Shown here: piece after piece, positions 19,392 through 30,024 of the stretch
Position numbering within the stretch: the stretch's first letter is position 1
How the letters are laid out: each line of letters starts with the position of its first letter
Source: Rhizomicrobium sp.
Lineage (GTDB): Bacteria > Pseudomonadota > Alphaproteobacteria > Micropepsales > Micropepsaceae
Length of the DNA: 64,000 nt
Reading direction: 5' to 3'
Assembly: GCA_036510185.1 (NCBI GenBank)
Contig: DATCEI010000253.1
Location: 1,705-65,704, forward strand
Position numbers and translations under genes: made by a program
Notes under the pieces: generated by a model
The model's input: only the letters and a program-made list of their open reading frames with translations
What the model was told of the DNA's origin: nothing
Databases searched by the model: none

Positions 19392-22127
19392 GTGATGCCC
19401 GAACTGCCCGCCGTTCCTTTCGATTTGCCCGCGCTTATGCCCGCCGCCGGTGGCGGCGTGGTGGCGAACAGCAAGGGCGAAACGCGGCGCGTTTCGTTCG
19501 ATGAAGCCCGCGCCCTTTTTCGATCCGGCGAGGTTGTTGTTGCCCATGCTGCTTTCGTTTCCGGGCGGCTGAAAACCGCGCCTTCCAAACCGCTTTTTGA
19601 TGTTTTGGAGCTTTTTTCGTTTGTACACCCCGCGCGCGCGCACCTGCCGAGTCCATCGGGAATCGCACGCGCATTGGGCCTGGCCAGCCCCGAAACCGCG
19701 GAAGCGCAAGCCGTGACCCTTGTTCGCGCCGTGGAAAAGCTTCTCGCAGATTTGCGCGAGCGTAGCTCCGAGCATGAACGTCTGCGCCCGCTCGCCGCTT
19801 CGCTTGCGCGCGCAGGCTGGCGATGGGGGCCGCAAATACTGGCCGCTATCGGTGAAGCGGCTGACAGCCGGAACCCGCTTGCCGGTTTCGACACATGGCG
19901 CGCGCTGCCCGAATGGGAAGACGACATGGCGCCCGCCAAGCCCAGTTCGATTCCAGTCGAGGCGGATGAAACGCGCGCGCGCCTCAAGCGCCTGATCGGT
20001 GAGACCCATGAATCGCGCCCCGAACAGGCCGATTACGCCGAGGCCGCGACCTATGCTTTCGGCCCGCGCGAGAAAAGTGGCGAGCCGCGCATCGTGCTCA
20101 TCGAAGCGGGCACCGGAATCGGCAAGACGCTTGGGTATCTGGCACCCGCAAGCCTGTGGGCGGAGAAGAACGGGCCGGGATTGTGGCTTTCCACATATAC
20201 GCGAAACCTCCAGCGGCAAATCGTGCAGGAAATCGCCCGCCTCTATCCCGATCCCGCCGAGCGCGAAGACAAAGCCGTCGTGCGCAAGGGCCGCGAGAAT
20301 TATGTGTGCCTTCTCAATTTCGAGGAAGCCGCCAAGCGCACAGCCCTCGCGCCGGGGCAACGCGCCGTGGCGTTGGGCCTTGTCGCGCGCTGGGTTAGCG
20401 CCACCGCGGACGGCGATTTGTCGGGCGCGAATTTCCCGGCTTTTCTCGCCGCGAGCTTTCCCTTGAGCGAAATCACCGATCGGCGCGGCGAGTGCATCTA
20501 TGCCGCGTGTCCGCATTATCGCACCTGTTTCATCGAACGCGCGATCCGTCGCGCGCGTCACGCGCCTGTCGTCATCGCCAATCATGCGCTCGTCATTTCG
20601 CAAGCTGCCGCCGACTGGCTCAGCATCGACGAAACCAGCGACACGCCGCCCGAACGCCGTGTGCGTTATGTCTTCGACGAAGGCCACCATCTGTTCGATG
20701 CGGCGGATTCCGGGTTTGCCGCGTTGCTCTCCGGCGTCGAGATGGCCGATCTGCGCCGCTGGATACGCGGACCCGAAGGCCGCGCGCGTACGCGGATGCG
20801 TGGTCTTGATGAACGCCTGAAAGATCTTGTCACCGACGACAAGGAAGCAAAATCCGCGCTCGACGAAGCGATTGCGGCGTCCGGCGCGCTGGCAGGCGAA
20901 GGCTGGCATGGGCGCATTGCGAACGCCGCCCCGCGCGGTCCCGGCGAAGTGTTTCTCGCGGCGGCCTACCAACACGTCCGCGCCCTCAGCGAAGACAAGG
21001 ACGCGTTTTATTCGCTGGAAGCCGAAACCGAACCGCTGGACGAAGACATCATCGAAGCCGCACGCGGTTTGAGCCGCGCGCTGAAACGCATCGCAGCGCC
21101 CCTGATGCGACTTTCGCAGGCGTTGCGCAAACAGCTCGACGCCAAATCCGATGAACTCGAAACTTTTTCCCGTGCACGCATCGATGCGGCATCGCGCGGC
21201 GTGGCGCGGCGCGCGAAGATCATCCTGCCTGCCTGGATCGCGATGCTCGATGCACTCGAAATGGGCAAAGATGACGAATTCACCGACTGGTTCGAGATCG
21301 CGCGCGAGGACGGCCGCGATGTCGATATCGGGCTGAACCGTCATTGGATCGATCCCACTATTCCGTTAGCTGCCGAGGTGCTTGCGCCCGCGCATGGCGC
21401 GCTGATCACGTCCGCCACATTGCGCGATGCGCCCGAAGACGCCGACGATTGGGCGAGTGCAGAGGTGCGCACCGGCGCGCATCATTTGCCCGAACCGCCC
21501 AAACGTGCGCGGTTTGGTTCGCCGTTCAATTACGCGGAGCAATCGCGCATCTTCATCGTGCGCGATGTGAACCGGCGCGATCTCAATCAGGTCGCCGCTG
21601 CCTATCGCGAATTGTTTCTCGCATCCTGCGGCGGCGCGCTTGGATTGTTTACGGCGGTGCGCACTTTGCGTGGCGTTGAGCAACGCATCGCAACGCCGCT
21701 CGCCGACAAGAACATCATGCTCTATGCGCAACATGTTGACCGGCTCGATACCGGCGCACTGGTCGATCTGTTTCGCGCCGAGGAGAACGCGTGTCTGCTC
21801 GGTACCGATGCCTTGCGCGACGGTGTGGATGTGCCGGGGCGTTCGCTTCGCCTTGTCGTGTTCGACAAGGTGCCATGGCCCAAGCCGACGATCCTGCACA
21901 AAGCGCGGCGCGCGCGGTTCGGCAAAACCTATGACGACATGCTGACGCGGCTGCGCCTGAAACAGGCGTTCGGGCGGCTGATCCGCACGAACCATGACAA
22001 AGGCTGTTTCGTTATTTTGGAACCCGCCACGCCCACGCGGCTGCTGTCGGCCTTTCCCGAAGGCGCGCCCATCACGCGCTGCGGGCTGGTCGAGGCGATT
22101 GAGGAGATTGGGGCGTTTCTCACCTAA
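19392..22127 (+). CDS. DinG/YoaA-family ATP-dependent helicase
   Basis: EAGTGIGKT Walker A, DEGH, Cys cluster YVCL..ECIYAACPHYRTC, QAFGRLIR. Confidence 0.92.
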   Translation: MMPELPAVPFDLPALMPAAGGGVVANSKGETRRVSFDEARALFRSGEVVVAHAAFVSGRLKTAPSKPLFDVLELFSFVHPARAHLPSPSGIARALGLASPETAEAQAVTLVRAVEKLLADLRERSSEHERLRPLAASLARAGWRWGPQILAAIGEAADSRNPLAGFDTWRALPEWEDDMAPAKPSSIPVEADETRARLKRLIGETHESRPEQADYAEAATYAFGPREKSGEPRIVLIEAGTGIGKTLGYLAPASLWAEKNGPGLWLSTYTRNLQRQIVQEIARLYPDPAEREDKAVVRKGRENYVCLLNFEEAAKRTALAPGQRAVALGLVARWVSATADGDLSGANFPAFLAASFPLSEITDRRGECIYAACPHYRTCFIERAIRRARHAPVVIANHALVISQAAADWLSIDETSDTPPERRVRYVFDEGHHLFDAADSGFAALLSGVEMADLRRWIRGPEGRARTRMRGLDERLKDLVTDDKEAKSALDEAIAASGALAGEGWHGRIANAAPRGPGEVFLAAAYQHVRALSEDKDAFYSLEAETEPLDEDIIEAARGLSRALKRIAAPLMRLSQALRKQLDAKSDELETFSRARIDAASRGVARRAKIILPAWIAMLDALEMGKDDEFTDWFEIAREDGRDVDIGLNRHWIDPTIPLAAEVLAPAHGALITSATLRDAPEDADDWASAEVRTGAHHLPEPPKRARFGSPFNYAEQSRIFIVRDVNRRDLNQVAAAYRELFLASCGGALGLFTAVRTLRGVEQRIATPLADKNIMLYAQHVDRLDTGALVDLFRAEENACLLGTDALRDGVDVPGRSLRLVVFDKVPWPKPTILHKARRARFGKTYDDMLTRLRLKQAFGRLIRTNHDKGCFVILEPATPTRLLSAFPEGAPITRCGLVEAIEEIGAFLT

Positions 22128-22130
22128 AGC

Positions 22131-22254
22131 TGTCATTCCCGGCCGAGCGTTGCGTAAGCAATGCGAGGGGAAGGGAACCCAGGTATCGACACCGGACGGT
22201 GTTCGACACCTGGATCCCCTTCCCTCGCAGCTTCGCTGCTCGCCGGGGATGACA
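22131..22254. repeat. REP-like palindromic element
   Basis: TGTCATTCCCGG...CCGGGGATGACA termini; inner arms GCGAGGGGAAGGGAACCCAGGT / ACCTGGATCCCCTTCCCTCGC. Confidence 0.8.
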
Positions 22255-22344
22255 ATGGTGTGTGTCATTCTTATCCGAAGTGACTCTGGACTTCTTTTCG
22301 CCCCCGCCTGCCGATAAGACAGGGGCACGATGAGGAATGCCGCC

Positions 22345-23496
22345 ATGGCACTTGTGAACCAGTCGCTTTTCGAGGGCGAGGACGAAGCCTCTGGCGGCCT
22401 GTATGGCCAGCGTTCGACCGGCATTCTTCCCTCACACATTCTGCGCCGGGCGCTGGCCCGCAAGCTCATGGTCGCGCCCGAACCTATTGAGGAAGCGCAG
22501 ATCCAGCCCGCCAGCATCGATCTGCGGCTGGGCGCCACGGCCCATCGCGTGCGCGCGAGTTTCCTGCCCGGCGCGAACACGATTGTCCGCGACAAGCTGG
22601 ACGCGCTGTCGTCCCACGAGATTGACCTCACGAATGGCGCGGTTCTGGAAACCGGCTGCGTCTATGTCGTGCCGCTGCTGGAAAGCCTCGACCTGCCGCA
22701 TCGCGTGTCGGGTGTGGCGAACCCGAAAAGCTCGACGGGCCGCTTGGACGTGTTCACGCGGCTCATCACCGACCGGGCGCAATCCTTCGACCGTGTGGAG
22801 GCGGGCTATCGCGGGCCGCTTTATGCGGAGATCACGCCGCGCACCTTTCCCATCCTCGTGCGCAAAGGCTCGCGGCTGAACCAGTTGCGCCTGCGCCACG
22901 GCTCGCCGCCCTTCACCGACACCGAAATGCGCAGGCTCCATGCCGACCATCCGCTCGTGACCGGTGAGGCCGACATCGAGAATGGCCTGGCGCTGACCGT
23001 GGACCTGCAAGGCGAGGCGGGTGCGGCCCATGTCGGCTGGCGGGCCAAGCGCCACACCGGCATTATCGATGTCGATGCGCGGGGCGTGCTGGACCCGCTC
23101 GACTACTGGGATCCCGTGCATGCCCACCGCATGGGCGGCATCGTGCTCGATCCCGACGAATTCTACATTCTGGCCAGCCGCGAGGCGGTTTCCATTCCGC
23201 CCGATTTCGCCGCTGAAATGGTGCCCTTCAACCCGCTGGTCGGCGAGTTCCGCGTGCATTACGCGGGCTTCTTCGACCCCGGTTTCGGCTATGAACCCGG
23301 CCGGCCGCCCAATGCGCGCGCCGTGCTGGAGGTGCGCTCCCGCGAGGTGCCGTTCATCCTGGAGCACGGCCAGATCATCGGCCGGCTGGCCTTCGAGCGG
23401 CTGACCGACCCGCCGCCGGAAATGTATGGCGAGGGCTTGGGGTCCAACTACCAGCGCCAGGGATTGAAACTTTCCAAACATTTTAAGGCTCCCTAG
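22345..23496 (+). CDS. dcd: 2'-deoxycytidine 5'-triphosphate deaminase (long alphaproteobacterial type)
   Basis: QPASIDLRLG, NPKSSTGRLD, HYAGFFDPGFG. Confidence 0.9.
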   Translation: MALVNQSLFEGEDEASGGLYGQRSTGILPSHILRRALARKLMVAPEPIEEAQIQPASIDLRLGATAHRVRASFLPGANTIVRDKLDALSSHEIDLTNGAVLETGCVYVVPLLESLDLPHRVSGVANPKSSTGRLDVFTRLITDRAQSFDRVEAGYRGPLYAEITPRTFPILVRKGSRLNQLRLRHGSPPFTDTEMRRLHADHPLVTGEADIENGLALTVDLQGEAGAAHVGWRAKRHTGIIDVDARGVLDPLDYWDPVHAHRMGGIVLDPDEFYILASREAVSIPPDFAAEMVPFNPLVGEFRVHYAGFFDPGFGYEPGRPPNARAVLEVRSREVPFILEHGQIIGRLAFERLTDPPPEMYGEGLGSNYQRQGLKLSKHFKAP

Positions 23497-23503
23497 TTCT
23501 TTT

Positions 23504-23553
23504 TGGTCGCGCGGCCTGACCCGAACCGCTTCACACTTCGGGGGACCGCGCTC
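23504..23553. repeat. ~50-bp hairpin repeat, copy 1
   Basis: TGGTCGCGCGGCCTGACCCGAACCGCTTCACACTTCGGGGGACCGCGCTC; direct-repeat partner at 23778. Confidence 0.7.
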
Positions 23554-23649
23554 CGGTGTTAACCGGCTGCTGTGACTTTGAATCCACACTGAGTTGCAAA
23601 TCATGTCAGCAGGCGCGAATGCCCCATTGCGGAAGGCGGGCGCTCCGGC

Positions 23650-23764
23650 ACAGTTACGGCGTTGCGGTTCGACGGTTGAGGGGCCAAGAACCGCAGCTTC
23701 TGGTTAAACGGGGGCAGCGTGAGGCGGCTACGGCACAAAGGGTGCCGGCCGCCTTACGAATTTT
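23650..23764 (+). ncRNA. Candidate small RNA between the repeat copies
   Basis: Hairpin TGCGGTTC..GAACCGCA, then long hairpin GTGAGGCGGC..CGGCAC/GTGCCG.GCCGCCTTAC ending in ATTTT; no credible ORF. Confidence 0.3.
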
Positions 23765-23777
23765 AGGGCTTCCTTGA

Positions 23778-23826
23778 TGGTCGCGCAGTCTGGCGCGAAC
23801 CACTCACACTTCGCGGGACTGCGCTC
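23778..23826. repeat. ~50-bp hairpin repeat, copy 2
   Basis: TGGTCGCGCAGTCTGGCGCGAACCACTCACACTTCGCGGGACTGCGCTC; stem differences from copy 1 are compensatory. Confidence 0.7.
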
Positions 23827-23860
23827 TTGCCCGTTCCGGGCGGTTCTTCATCGATTTAGG

Positions 23861-24580
23861 TTATCTGGGTATTGGAGCGTTTCGCTTCAAGGCCCCTTCG
23901 CGAAATTTATCAGCCACGAAGAACGGCGCATAGACAAGCAGCGCCGACGCAATCCCTATGGGCACCAACTCCGCAATATACCAGGGCCAAGGACCAAGCA
24001 CCGCCATTAGCGTTTCCTGATGCGGCTTGGCGCGCAGAAAGCCGTAATTCGTACCGAGCGCCCAATCGGTGAGCGCCGCCGCCGCGAGATAGACAAGCGA
24101 CCATGCCGCGACGCGCAAAATGGATCGCGGATGCGGGCGCATGCGCATGCCGAACGTCAGAAGCAACACCGACGCGATGATGAGCGCATGGCCGAGAAAG
24201 AAGACAACGAACTGCCCATCCGGAAAATCGAAATTCACGTCGGGCGTGGCGAGCGCCTCCGCCGTGCCGCACAGGCCCCAGAAATAGGAAAGTTCATAAG
24301 TCGCCTGATTGGGCCGGATCAGCGTGACGATGACGGCGACAGCCGCCCAGTCGCACAGATTCATCGGCCATTGATTGTTCGCGTTCAACCAGCCATGCGA
24401 TGTGAAATAGACATACCACGCAATCCATACGCCGATCAGCAACGCGGCGAACGCCAGACATATCGCGCGCGCGATGTTTGCGTTCCTTCGCGCTGGAATC
24501 GCCAACGCAATCGGCACAGCGAGCGCCAGCGCCATCACCGCCAGATGCGAAGCTCCGAACAAAACGAAAGGCGCAGGCAT
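23861..24580 (-). CDS. YwaF/TIGR02206-type integral membrane protein
   Basis: P.NLCD, ALATPD, NYGFL..KP, LGPWPWY. Confidence 0.8.
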   Translation of the reverse strand: MPAPFVLFGASHLAVMALALAVPIALAIPARRNANIARAICLAFAALLIGVWIAWYVYFTSHGWLNANNQWPMNLCDWAAVAVIVTLIRPNQATYELSYFWGLCGTAEALATPDVNFDFPDGQFVVFFLGHALIIASVLLLTFGMRMRPHPRSILRVAAWSLVYLAAAALTDWALGTNYGFLRAKPHQETLMAVLGPWPWYIAELVPIGIASALLVYAPFFVADKFREGALKRNAPIPR

Positions 24581-24652
24581 GCGCTCGCGACTATCGCGCC
24601 CTGCCGCCGCGCGCGCAATACGCTCATTATGTAAGTGCGCCCCGCGGAGGCT

Positions 24653-25828
24653 TTACCACGGTTCTTCCTGCCGGATGCGGCGGCCCAGCAGCGGATATTT
24701 GCGCGCCAGACGCCGCAATTCCTCGCCCGGCAGCACGATCAGGCGCATCTCGGTGCGCGCGGTCACGGTGCGTGTGTAATTGCTCATAACGTGCAAGGCC
24801 TCTTCGCCGATTATATCGCCGGGACCAAGATCGTATTCGTCGTTTTCAGTTTCGAGCCGGGCGTGGCCGGTCACGATAAGGTAGAATACCGTCGCCAATT
24901 GGCCGGTCAGCGCGATCTGCATGTGCTCGCGCACCAGCTTGGCGCTCATTGCGTCGAGGATTTCATTCACCGCTTCGATATCGAATCCGTCGAACAGAGG
25001 CTGTCGCTTCAACATGCTCCAGGTGATGGCGAACTGGCGGCGATTGAGATCGCTGACGAAACCATTGGCGATGATGCCGATAGGAAGCGCAAATAGCAGC
25101 AGACCCATCACCATAGTGATTCCGGCGATGATCTTGCCGATAGGTGTGATCGGCACCTCGTCGCCATAGCCCACCGTCGTCAGCGTGGTGATCGCCCAAT
25201 ACATCGCGTTGGGCATGTTTCCAAACGCTTTGGGCTGAACCGCGCCTTCCGCGATATGCATGAGTTCGCCGCTGACGCACATGACGCTGAGCGTGAGAAT
25301 CATGGACGCGAAAAGCGATGAACGCTGTGTGTAGAGCACGCCCAGCAGCGCGGGCAGCGCAGGCGAATAACGCGCCAGTTTCACCAGCCGGAACAGGCGG
25401 AAAATGCGCAGCACGCGCAGATCGACCGCGAACAGAAAGCCGAGATAAGACGGCGCAAACGCCAGCAGATCGATCAGCATCAAGGGCCGCATTGCAAATG
25501 CGAGACGCCCCTTCAGCGGCCCGCGCGCGGCGATGCGCGGGTCTTCGACCGAAGACCAGAGGCGCACGAGATATTCCACGGTGTAAGCGCCCACGGAGAA
25601 ATGCTCGAAGGCGGAGAAGAACGCATGGTATCGCGCGTAAATCGGCGAGATGGTTTCGAGCGCGACGGCGGCGACATTGGCGATAATGAGCAGGATCAGC
25701 AGGGCTTCGATCGTGCGGCTGAACGCGCCCTCAAGCTGGCCTTCTTCGAGAACCGCATAAGCCCATTGGCGAACGGTGGGGCGTTCGGCCTCGCCCGCGC
25801 GCGCTCCCGGCCTGCCAGTTTCCGGCAT
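24653..25828 (-). CDS. 6-TM potassium channel with C-terminal cNMP-binding-like domain
   Basis: S4 RVLRIFRLFRLVKLAR, TTVGYGD filter, CNBD-like tail. Confidence 0.88.
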   Translation of the reverse strand: MPETGRPGARAGEAERPTVRQWAYAVLEEGQLEGAFSRTIEALLILLIIANVAAVALETISPIYARYHAFFSAFEHFSVGAYTVEYLVRLWSSVEDPRIAARGPLKGRLAFAMRPLMLIDLLAFAPSYLGFLFAVDLRVLRIFRLFRLVKLARYSPALPALLGVLYTQRSSLFASMILTLSVMCVSGELMHIAEGAVQPKAFGNMPNAMYWAITTLTTVGYGDEVPITPIGKIIAGITMVMGLLLFALPIGIIANGFVSDLNRRQFAITWSMLKRQPLFDGFDIEAVNEILDAMSAKLVREHMQIALTGQLATVFYLIVTGHARLETENDEYDLGPGDIIGEEALHVMSNYTRTVTARTEMRLIVLPGEELRRLARKYPLLGRRIRQEEPW

Positions 25829-26043
25829 CCGCCCCCTACCTTCCGCGCTCCCGGCTTCTTACTAAGCAAGCCGGACGCGGCCCGCAAGCCGCCGCCGGGT
25901 CGCCCGGATTCCGGCGAGAGGGTGCAGCCATCCGTGCGTTTTCGCGTAGAGCATGCGCCTGTGCATCATAATGACGAAGCCGACCTTGGAACTCATCCCC
26001 CACGACACTACTTATAAGGTCACCGCCATTTCAGGAGACCCAT

Positions 26044-26646
26044 ATGAAGCTTTATTACACGCCCGGCGCCTGTTCGATGTCCCCGCATATCGTGGCCATG
26101 GAAGCGGGCCTGCCGCTGGATCTCGTTCGCGTCGATCTCAAGACCCACAAAACCGCCGACGGCGAGGATTATTACACCATCAATCCGAAGGGCTATGTGC
26201 CCGCGCTGAAACTCGACAGTGGCGAAGTGCTCACCGAAGGCCCGGCCATCGTGCAATATCTGGCCGACCAGAAACCGGACGCGCAGCTGCTGCCGAAAGA
26301 AGGCACGGTTGCGCGCTATCACGCCATCGAGTGGCTGGCGTTCATCAATTCCGAATTGCACAAGACGTTTTCGCCTTTGTTCGGCGGCCAGCTTTCCAAT
26401 GACGCGCAGAAGGCGACGAAGGAGAAAATCTTCAAGCGGTTTGAATATGTGGAAAGCCGCCTGAGCGGCGATTACCTGATGGGCAGCCAGTTCACGGCCC
26501 CGGACGCTTATCTGTTCGTGATGCTGAACTGGGCGCGCGCCATGCAGATCGATATTTCCGGCCTGCCGAAACTCACGGCCTATTTCGCGCGCGTGGCCGC
26601 ACGCCCGCAGGTGCAAGCGACGCTGAAAATGGAAGGCCTCGCCTGA
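26044..26646 (+). CDS. gstA: Glutathione S-transferase (beta class)
   Basis: MKLYYTPGACS, NPKGYVP, SELHK. Confidence 0.92.
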   Translation: MKLYYTPGACSMSPHIVAMEAGLPLDLVRVDLKTHKTADGEDYYTINPKGYVPALKLDSGEVLTEGPAIVQYLADQKPDAQLLPKEGTVARYHAIEWLAFINSELHKTFSPLFGGQLSNDAQKATKEKIFKRFEYVESRLSGDYLMGSQFTAPDAYLFVMLNWARAMQIDISGLPKLTAYFARVAARPQVQATLKMEGLA

Positions 26647-26708
26647 AGCGGTTGGCGGCGCGCGGGCAAATGGATAGAGTTCGGACATCGCTCAATCGAG
26701 GGGATTTC

Positions 26709-27338
26709 ATGAAATATGCTTTTGCCTGCGCGTTTGTTATTCTTGCATCCGCCGCGATGGCTGACCCCGCGCCCAAAATGCCGCTCGTCATTCCGCACGG
26801 CACGCAGGATGTGACGCAGGCCATTCCCGGTGAATACACGCTCGATCCCAATCACGTCGCGGTTCTTGCGCGCGTTTCGCATCTGGGCTTTTCGATCAGC
26901 GTGTTCCGCTTCGATAAGGTTCAGGGCAAGCTCAGCTGGGATCCGGCGGCGATTGCGCATTCGCAATTGAGCGCGACGGTTGAAACCGCATCCATCGCCA
27001 CCAATGTGGCTGGTTTCGCGGCCCACCTCGCGAGCGACGATTATTTGAAATCCGCAAAATTTCCCGAAGCGATTTTCGTGTCCACCGCGTTCCGGCCGAC
27101 CGATGCCACGCATGGCAAAGTGGACGGGCAATTCACCTTGATGGGCAAGACCGTGCCGCTGACATTCGACGTGACGCTGGTGGGCGCAGGCCCGGGCTTT
27201 GCGGGCGGCCCGACCATGGGCCATGTGATCGGCATTCACGGGGAAGGCGCAATCAATCCGCAAGATTTCGGCTTGCCGGCTTTCTTCAAGGATCCGATTC
27301 AGCTGGTGATCGACACGGAGTTCGACAACAAATCCTGA
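26709..27338 (+). CDS. YceI family exported protein
   Basis: Signal peptide, YTLDPNH, HLGFS, HL.S.DYL...KFP. Confidence 0.88.
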   Translation: MKYAFACAFVILASAAMADPAPKMPLVIPHGTQDVTQAIPGEYTLDPNHVAVLARVSHLGFSISVFRFDKVQGKLSWDPAAIAHSQLSATVETASIATNVAGFAAHLASDDYLKSAKFPEAIFVSTAFRPTDATHGKVDGQFTLMGKTVPLTFDVTLVGAGPGFAGGPTMGHVIGIHGEGAINPQDFGLPAFFKDPIQLVIDTEFDNKS

Positions 27339-27351
27339 AACGCGGGCAGCG

Positions 27352-27376
27352 GGAACTTCGCTTCGCGAGAGACGTT
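27352..27376 (+). promoter_or_regulatory. EcfG/sigmaT (general stress) promoter of ligD
   Basis: GGAAC-N16-CGTT, 27 bp before the ATG. Confidence 0.75.
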
Positions 27377-27402
27377 GCCGGATAAATCACCCGTGTGACG
27401 AA

Positions 27403-30024
27403 ATGGCGAGCCGGAAGCTTTCGACTTATCGCGCCAAACGCGATTTCAAAAAAACCGGCGAGCCTAGCGGCAGCCGTAAAGTCGCCGTGTCGAAAAATTT
27501 GCGCTTCGTCATCCAGAAACACGCGGCCACGCGGCTGCATTATGATTTCCGGCTGGAACTGGACGGCGTTTTCAAATCCTGGGCCGTCACGCGCGGGCCA
27601 TCGCTCGATCCGCATGAAAAGCGGCTGGCCGTGGAGGTGGAAGACCACCCGCTGGATTACGGCGATTTCGAAGGCACGATTCCCAAAGGCCAATATGGCG
27701 GTGGCACCGTGATGTTGTGGGATCGCGGCTTCTGGCAACCGGAAGGGCGCAAATCGGCGGACGCGCAATTGAAGGCCGGCGAACTGAAATTCGTCGTCGC
27801 GGGCGAAAAGCTGAAAGGCAGTTTTGTTCTCGTGCGCATGCGCAACGACAAATACAAAAGCAAACGCAGCAATTGGCTGCTCATCAAACATCACGATGAT
27901 TTTTCAAAAGACGATGATGGCGAAGGTGTGTTAAAGCACGACCATTCGGTTGCCTCCGGCCGCACGATGAATCAGATCGCGGCGGGAAAAGGACGCGCGC
28001 CAAAACCGTTCATGCTGGCCAAGACCCGCGCCACGCCGGATGCCATCTGGAATTCCGACCGCCAGTCCGATGAGGACGAAACGTCGAAAAAGAAAACCGC
28101 GCCGCTCAAAGCCCGTGCCCAATCCGTCAAAGGCAAACCGATTTCCCATCTGCCGCGCTTTATCGAGCCGCAGCTTTGCACGCTGGAAGATCGCCCGCCC
28201 GCGAGCGCGGAATGGATTCACGAAATCAAATTCGACGGCTATCGCATCCAGCTGCGTGTGGAAGACGGCAAAGCGGTTTTGCGCACGCGCAAGGGCCTCG
28301 ACTGGACGGAGAAATTCCGCGCCATCGCGAACGCGGCAAAAGATTTGCCCGATGCGATCATCGATGGCGAAGTGGTGGCGCTGGATCACGCCGTCGCCCC
28401 GGATTTCGCGGCACTGCAAGCCGCCCTTTCCGAAGGCGAAAGCAAAAACCTCATCTTCTTCGTGTTCGATTTGCTGGCGCTGGAAGGCGAGGATTTGCGC
28501 AAGCTGCCCCTTTCCGAACGCAAAGAGCGTTTGCAGCGTCTGCTCGCGGGCCGCAAGAACACGCAAATCCGTTATGTCGAGCATTTCGCCACCGGCGGCG
28601 ACGCGGTTCTGAAATCCGCCTGCCGCATGTCGCTGGAGGGCATCGTGTCCAAGCGCATCGACGCGCCCTATCGTTCGGGGCGCACGAAAAGCTGGATCAA
28701 ATCCAAATGCCGCGCGGGCCATGAGGTCGTGATCGGCGGCTGGACCGACACGGCGGGAAGTTTTCGTTCACTGCTTGTGGGCGTGCATCGGGGCAAACAT
28801 CTGGTTTACACGGGCCGCGTGGGCACGGGTTACGGCCAGGCGAAAATTGGGCCGCTGATGAAGCAGCTCAAAGCGGTAGCCGCGAGCAAAAGTCCGTTCA
28901 GCGGCATGAACGCGCCGCGCGACGCGCACAATATTCACTGGCTGAAGCCCACGCTTGTCGCCGAAATCGAATTCGCGGGCTGGACCGGCGATGGCATGGT
29001 GCGGCAGGCCGCGTTCAAGGGATTGCGCGGCGACAAACCGGCTGCTGAAGTGGAAGCCGAGAAGCCCGCCTCACCGAAGAAGACGCACTTGGCGAAACCC
29101 GCGCGCGCGATTGCGAAATCCAATGTCGTGATGGGCGTGACGATCTCGCATCCCGACAAGGCGATGTGGCCCGATGCCGGCGACGGCGCGCCGGTGACGA
29201 AGCTCGATCTCGCGCAATATTTCGAGAAGGTGGGGCCATGGCTGATCGATCACATCAAGGGGCGGCCCTGCTCCATCGTGCGCGCGCCAGACGGCGTTGA
29301 CGGCGAACATTTCTTCCAGCGCCATGCGATGCCGGGCACATCCAATCTGCTCGAACTTGTCACTGTGTCGGGCGACCGCAAACCCTATTTGCAGATTGAT
29401 CGCGTGGAAGGCTTGGCGGCCATCGCGCAGATCGGCGGGCTGGAATTGCATCCGTGGAATTGCGCGCCCGGCGAGCCGGATATGCCGGGCCGGCTTGTGT
29501 TCGATCTGGACCCTGCGCCGGATGTGAAATTCCAATATGTCATCGAAGCGGCCAAAGAGATTCGCGAACGGCTGGAAGCGCTAGGCCTTATCGCGTTTTG
29601 CAAGACGACAGGCGGCAAAGGGTTGCATGTGGTGACGCCGCTTGCGGTTTCCAAAAAAGATCGCTTGGGCTGGCCCGAGGCCAAGACCTTCGCGCGGGAA
29701 ATTTGCGCGCGCGCGGCGGCGGACAATCCGGACGCCTATGTCCTCAACATGGCGAAGAAGAAACGCGGCGGGCGCATATTCCTCGACTATCTGCGCAATG
29801 ACCGCATGGCGACGGCGGTGGCGCCGCTTTCGCCGCGAGCGCGCGAAGGCGCAACCGTCTCCATGCCACTTGAGTGGAGTCAGGTGAAAACGGGGCTTGA
29901 TCCCAAGCGCTTTACCATTCGGACGACGCTGCCGCTGCTCGCCAAAAGCAAGGCGTGGAAGGATTATGACAAATCCGCGCGGCCTTTGCGGGACGCGATT
30001 GCGCGGTTAGTCAAGAAGCGTTAG
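27403..30024 (+). CDS. ligD: NHEJ DNA ligase D (phosphoesterase-ligase-polymerase)
   Basis: [42 protein letters not shown]. Confidence 0.96.
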   Translation: MASRKLSTYRAKRDFKKTGEPSGSRKVAVSKNLRFVIQKHAATRLHYDFRLELDGVFKSWAVTRGPSLDPHEKRLAVEVEDHPLDYGDFEGTIPKGQYGGGTVMLWDRGFWQPEGRKSADAQLKAGELKFVVAGEKLKGSFVLVRMRNDKYKSKRSNWLLIKHHDDFSKDDDGEGVLKHDHSVASGRTMNQIAAGKGRAPKPFMLAKTRATPDAIWNSDRQSDEDETSKKKTAPLKARAQSVKGKPISHLPRFIEPQLCTLEDRPPASAEWIHEIKFDGYRIQLRVEDGKAVLRTRKGLDWTEKFRAIANAAKDLPDAIIDGEVVALDHAVAPDFAALQAALSEGESKNLIFFVFDLLALEGEDLRKLPLSERKERLQRLLAGRKNTQIRYVEHFATGGDAVLKSACRMSLEGIVSKRIDAPYRSGRTKSWIKSKCRAGHEVVIGGWTDTAGSFRSLLVGVHRGKHLVYTGRVGTGYGQAKIGPLMKQLKAVAASKSPFSGMNAPRDAHNIHWLKPTLVAEIEFAGWTGDGMVRQAAFKGLRGDKPAAEVEAEKPASPKKTHLAKPARAIAKSNVVMGVTISHPDKAMWPDAGDGAPVTKLDLAQYFEKVGPWLIDHIKGRPCSIVRAPDGVDGEHFFQRHAMPGTSNLLELVTVSGDRKPYLQIDRVEGLAAIAQIGGLELHPWNCAPGEPDMPGRLVFDLDPAPDVKFQYVIEAAKEIRERLEALGLIAFCKTTGGKGLHVVTPLAVSKKDRLGWPEAKTFAREICARAAADNPDAYVLNMAKKKRGGRIFLDYLRNDRMATAVAPLSPRAREGATVSMPLEWSQVKTGLDPKRFTIRTTLPLLAKSKAWKDYDKSARPLRDAIARLVKKR

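Noticed and set aside
17253-21344. 1363-aa minus-strand ORF
   Set aside because: Antisense shadow of the hybrid kinase and DinG genes; long stop-free antisense frames are expected in GC-rich coding DNA, and it has no recognisable motifs
23504-23826. CRISPR array
   Set aside because: Only two imperfect repeats ~225 bp apart, and no cas genes
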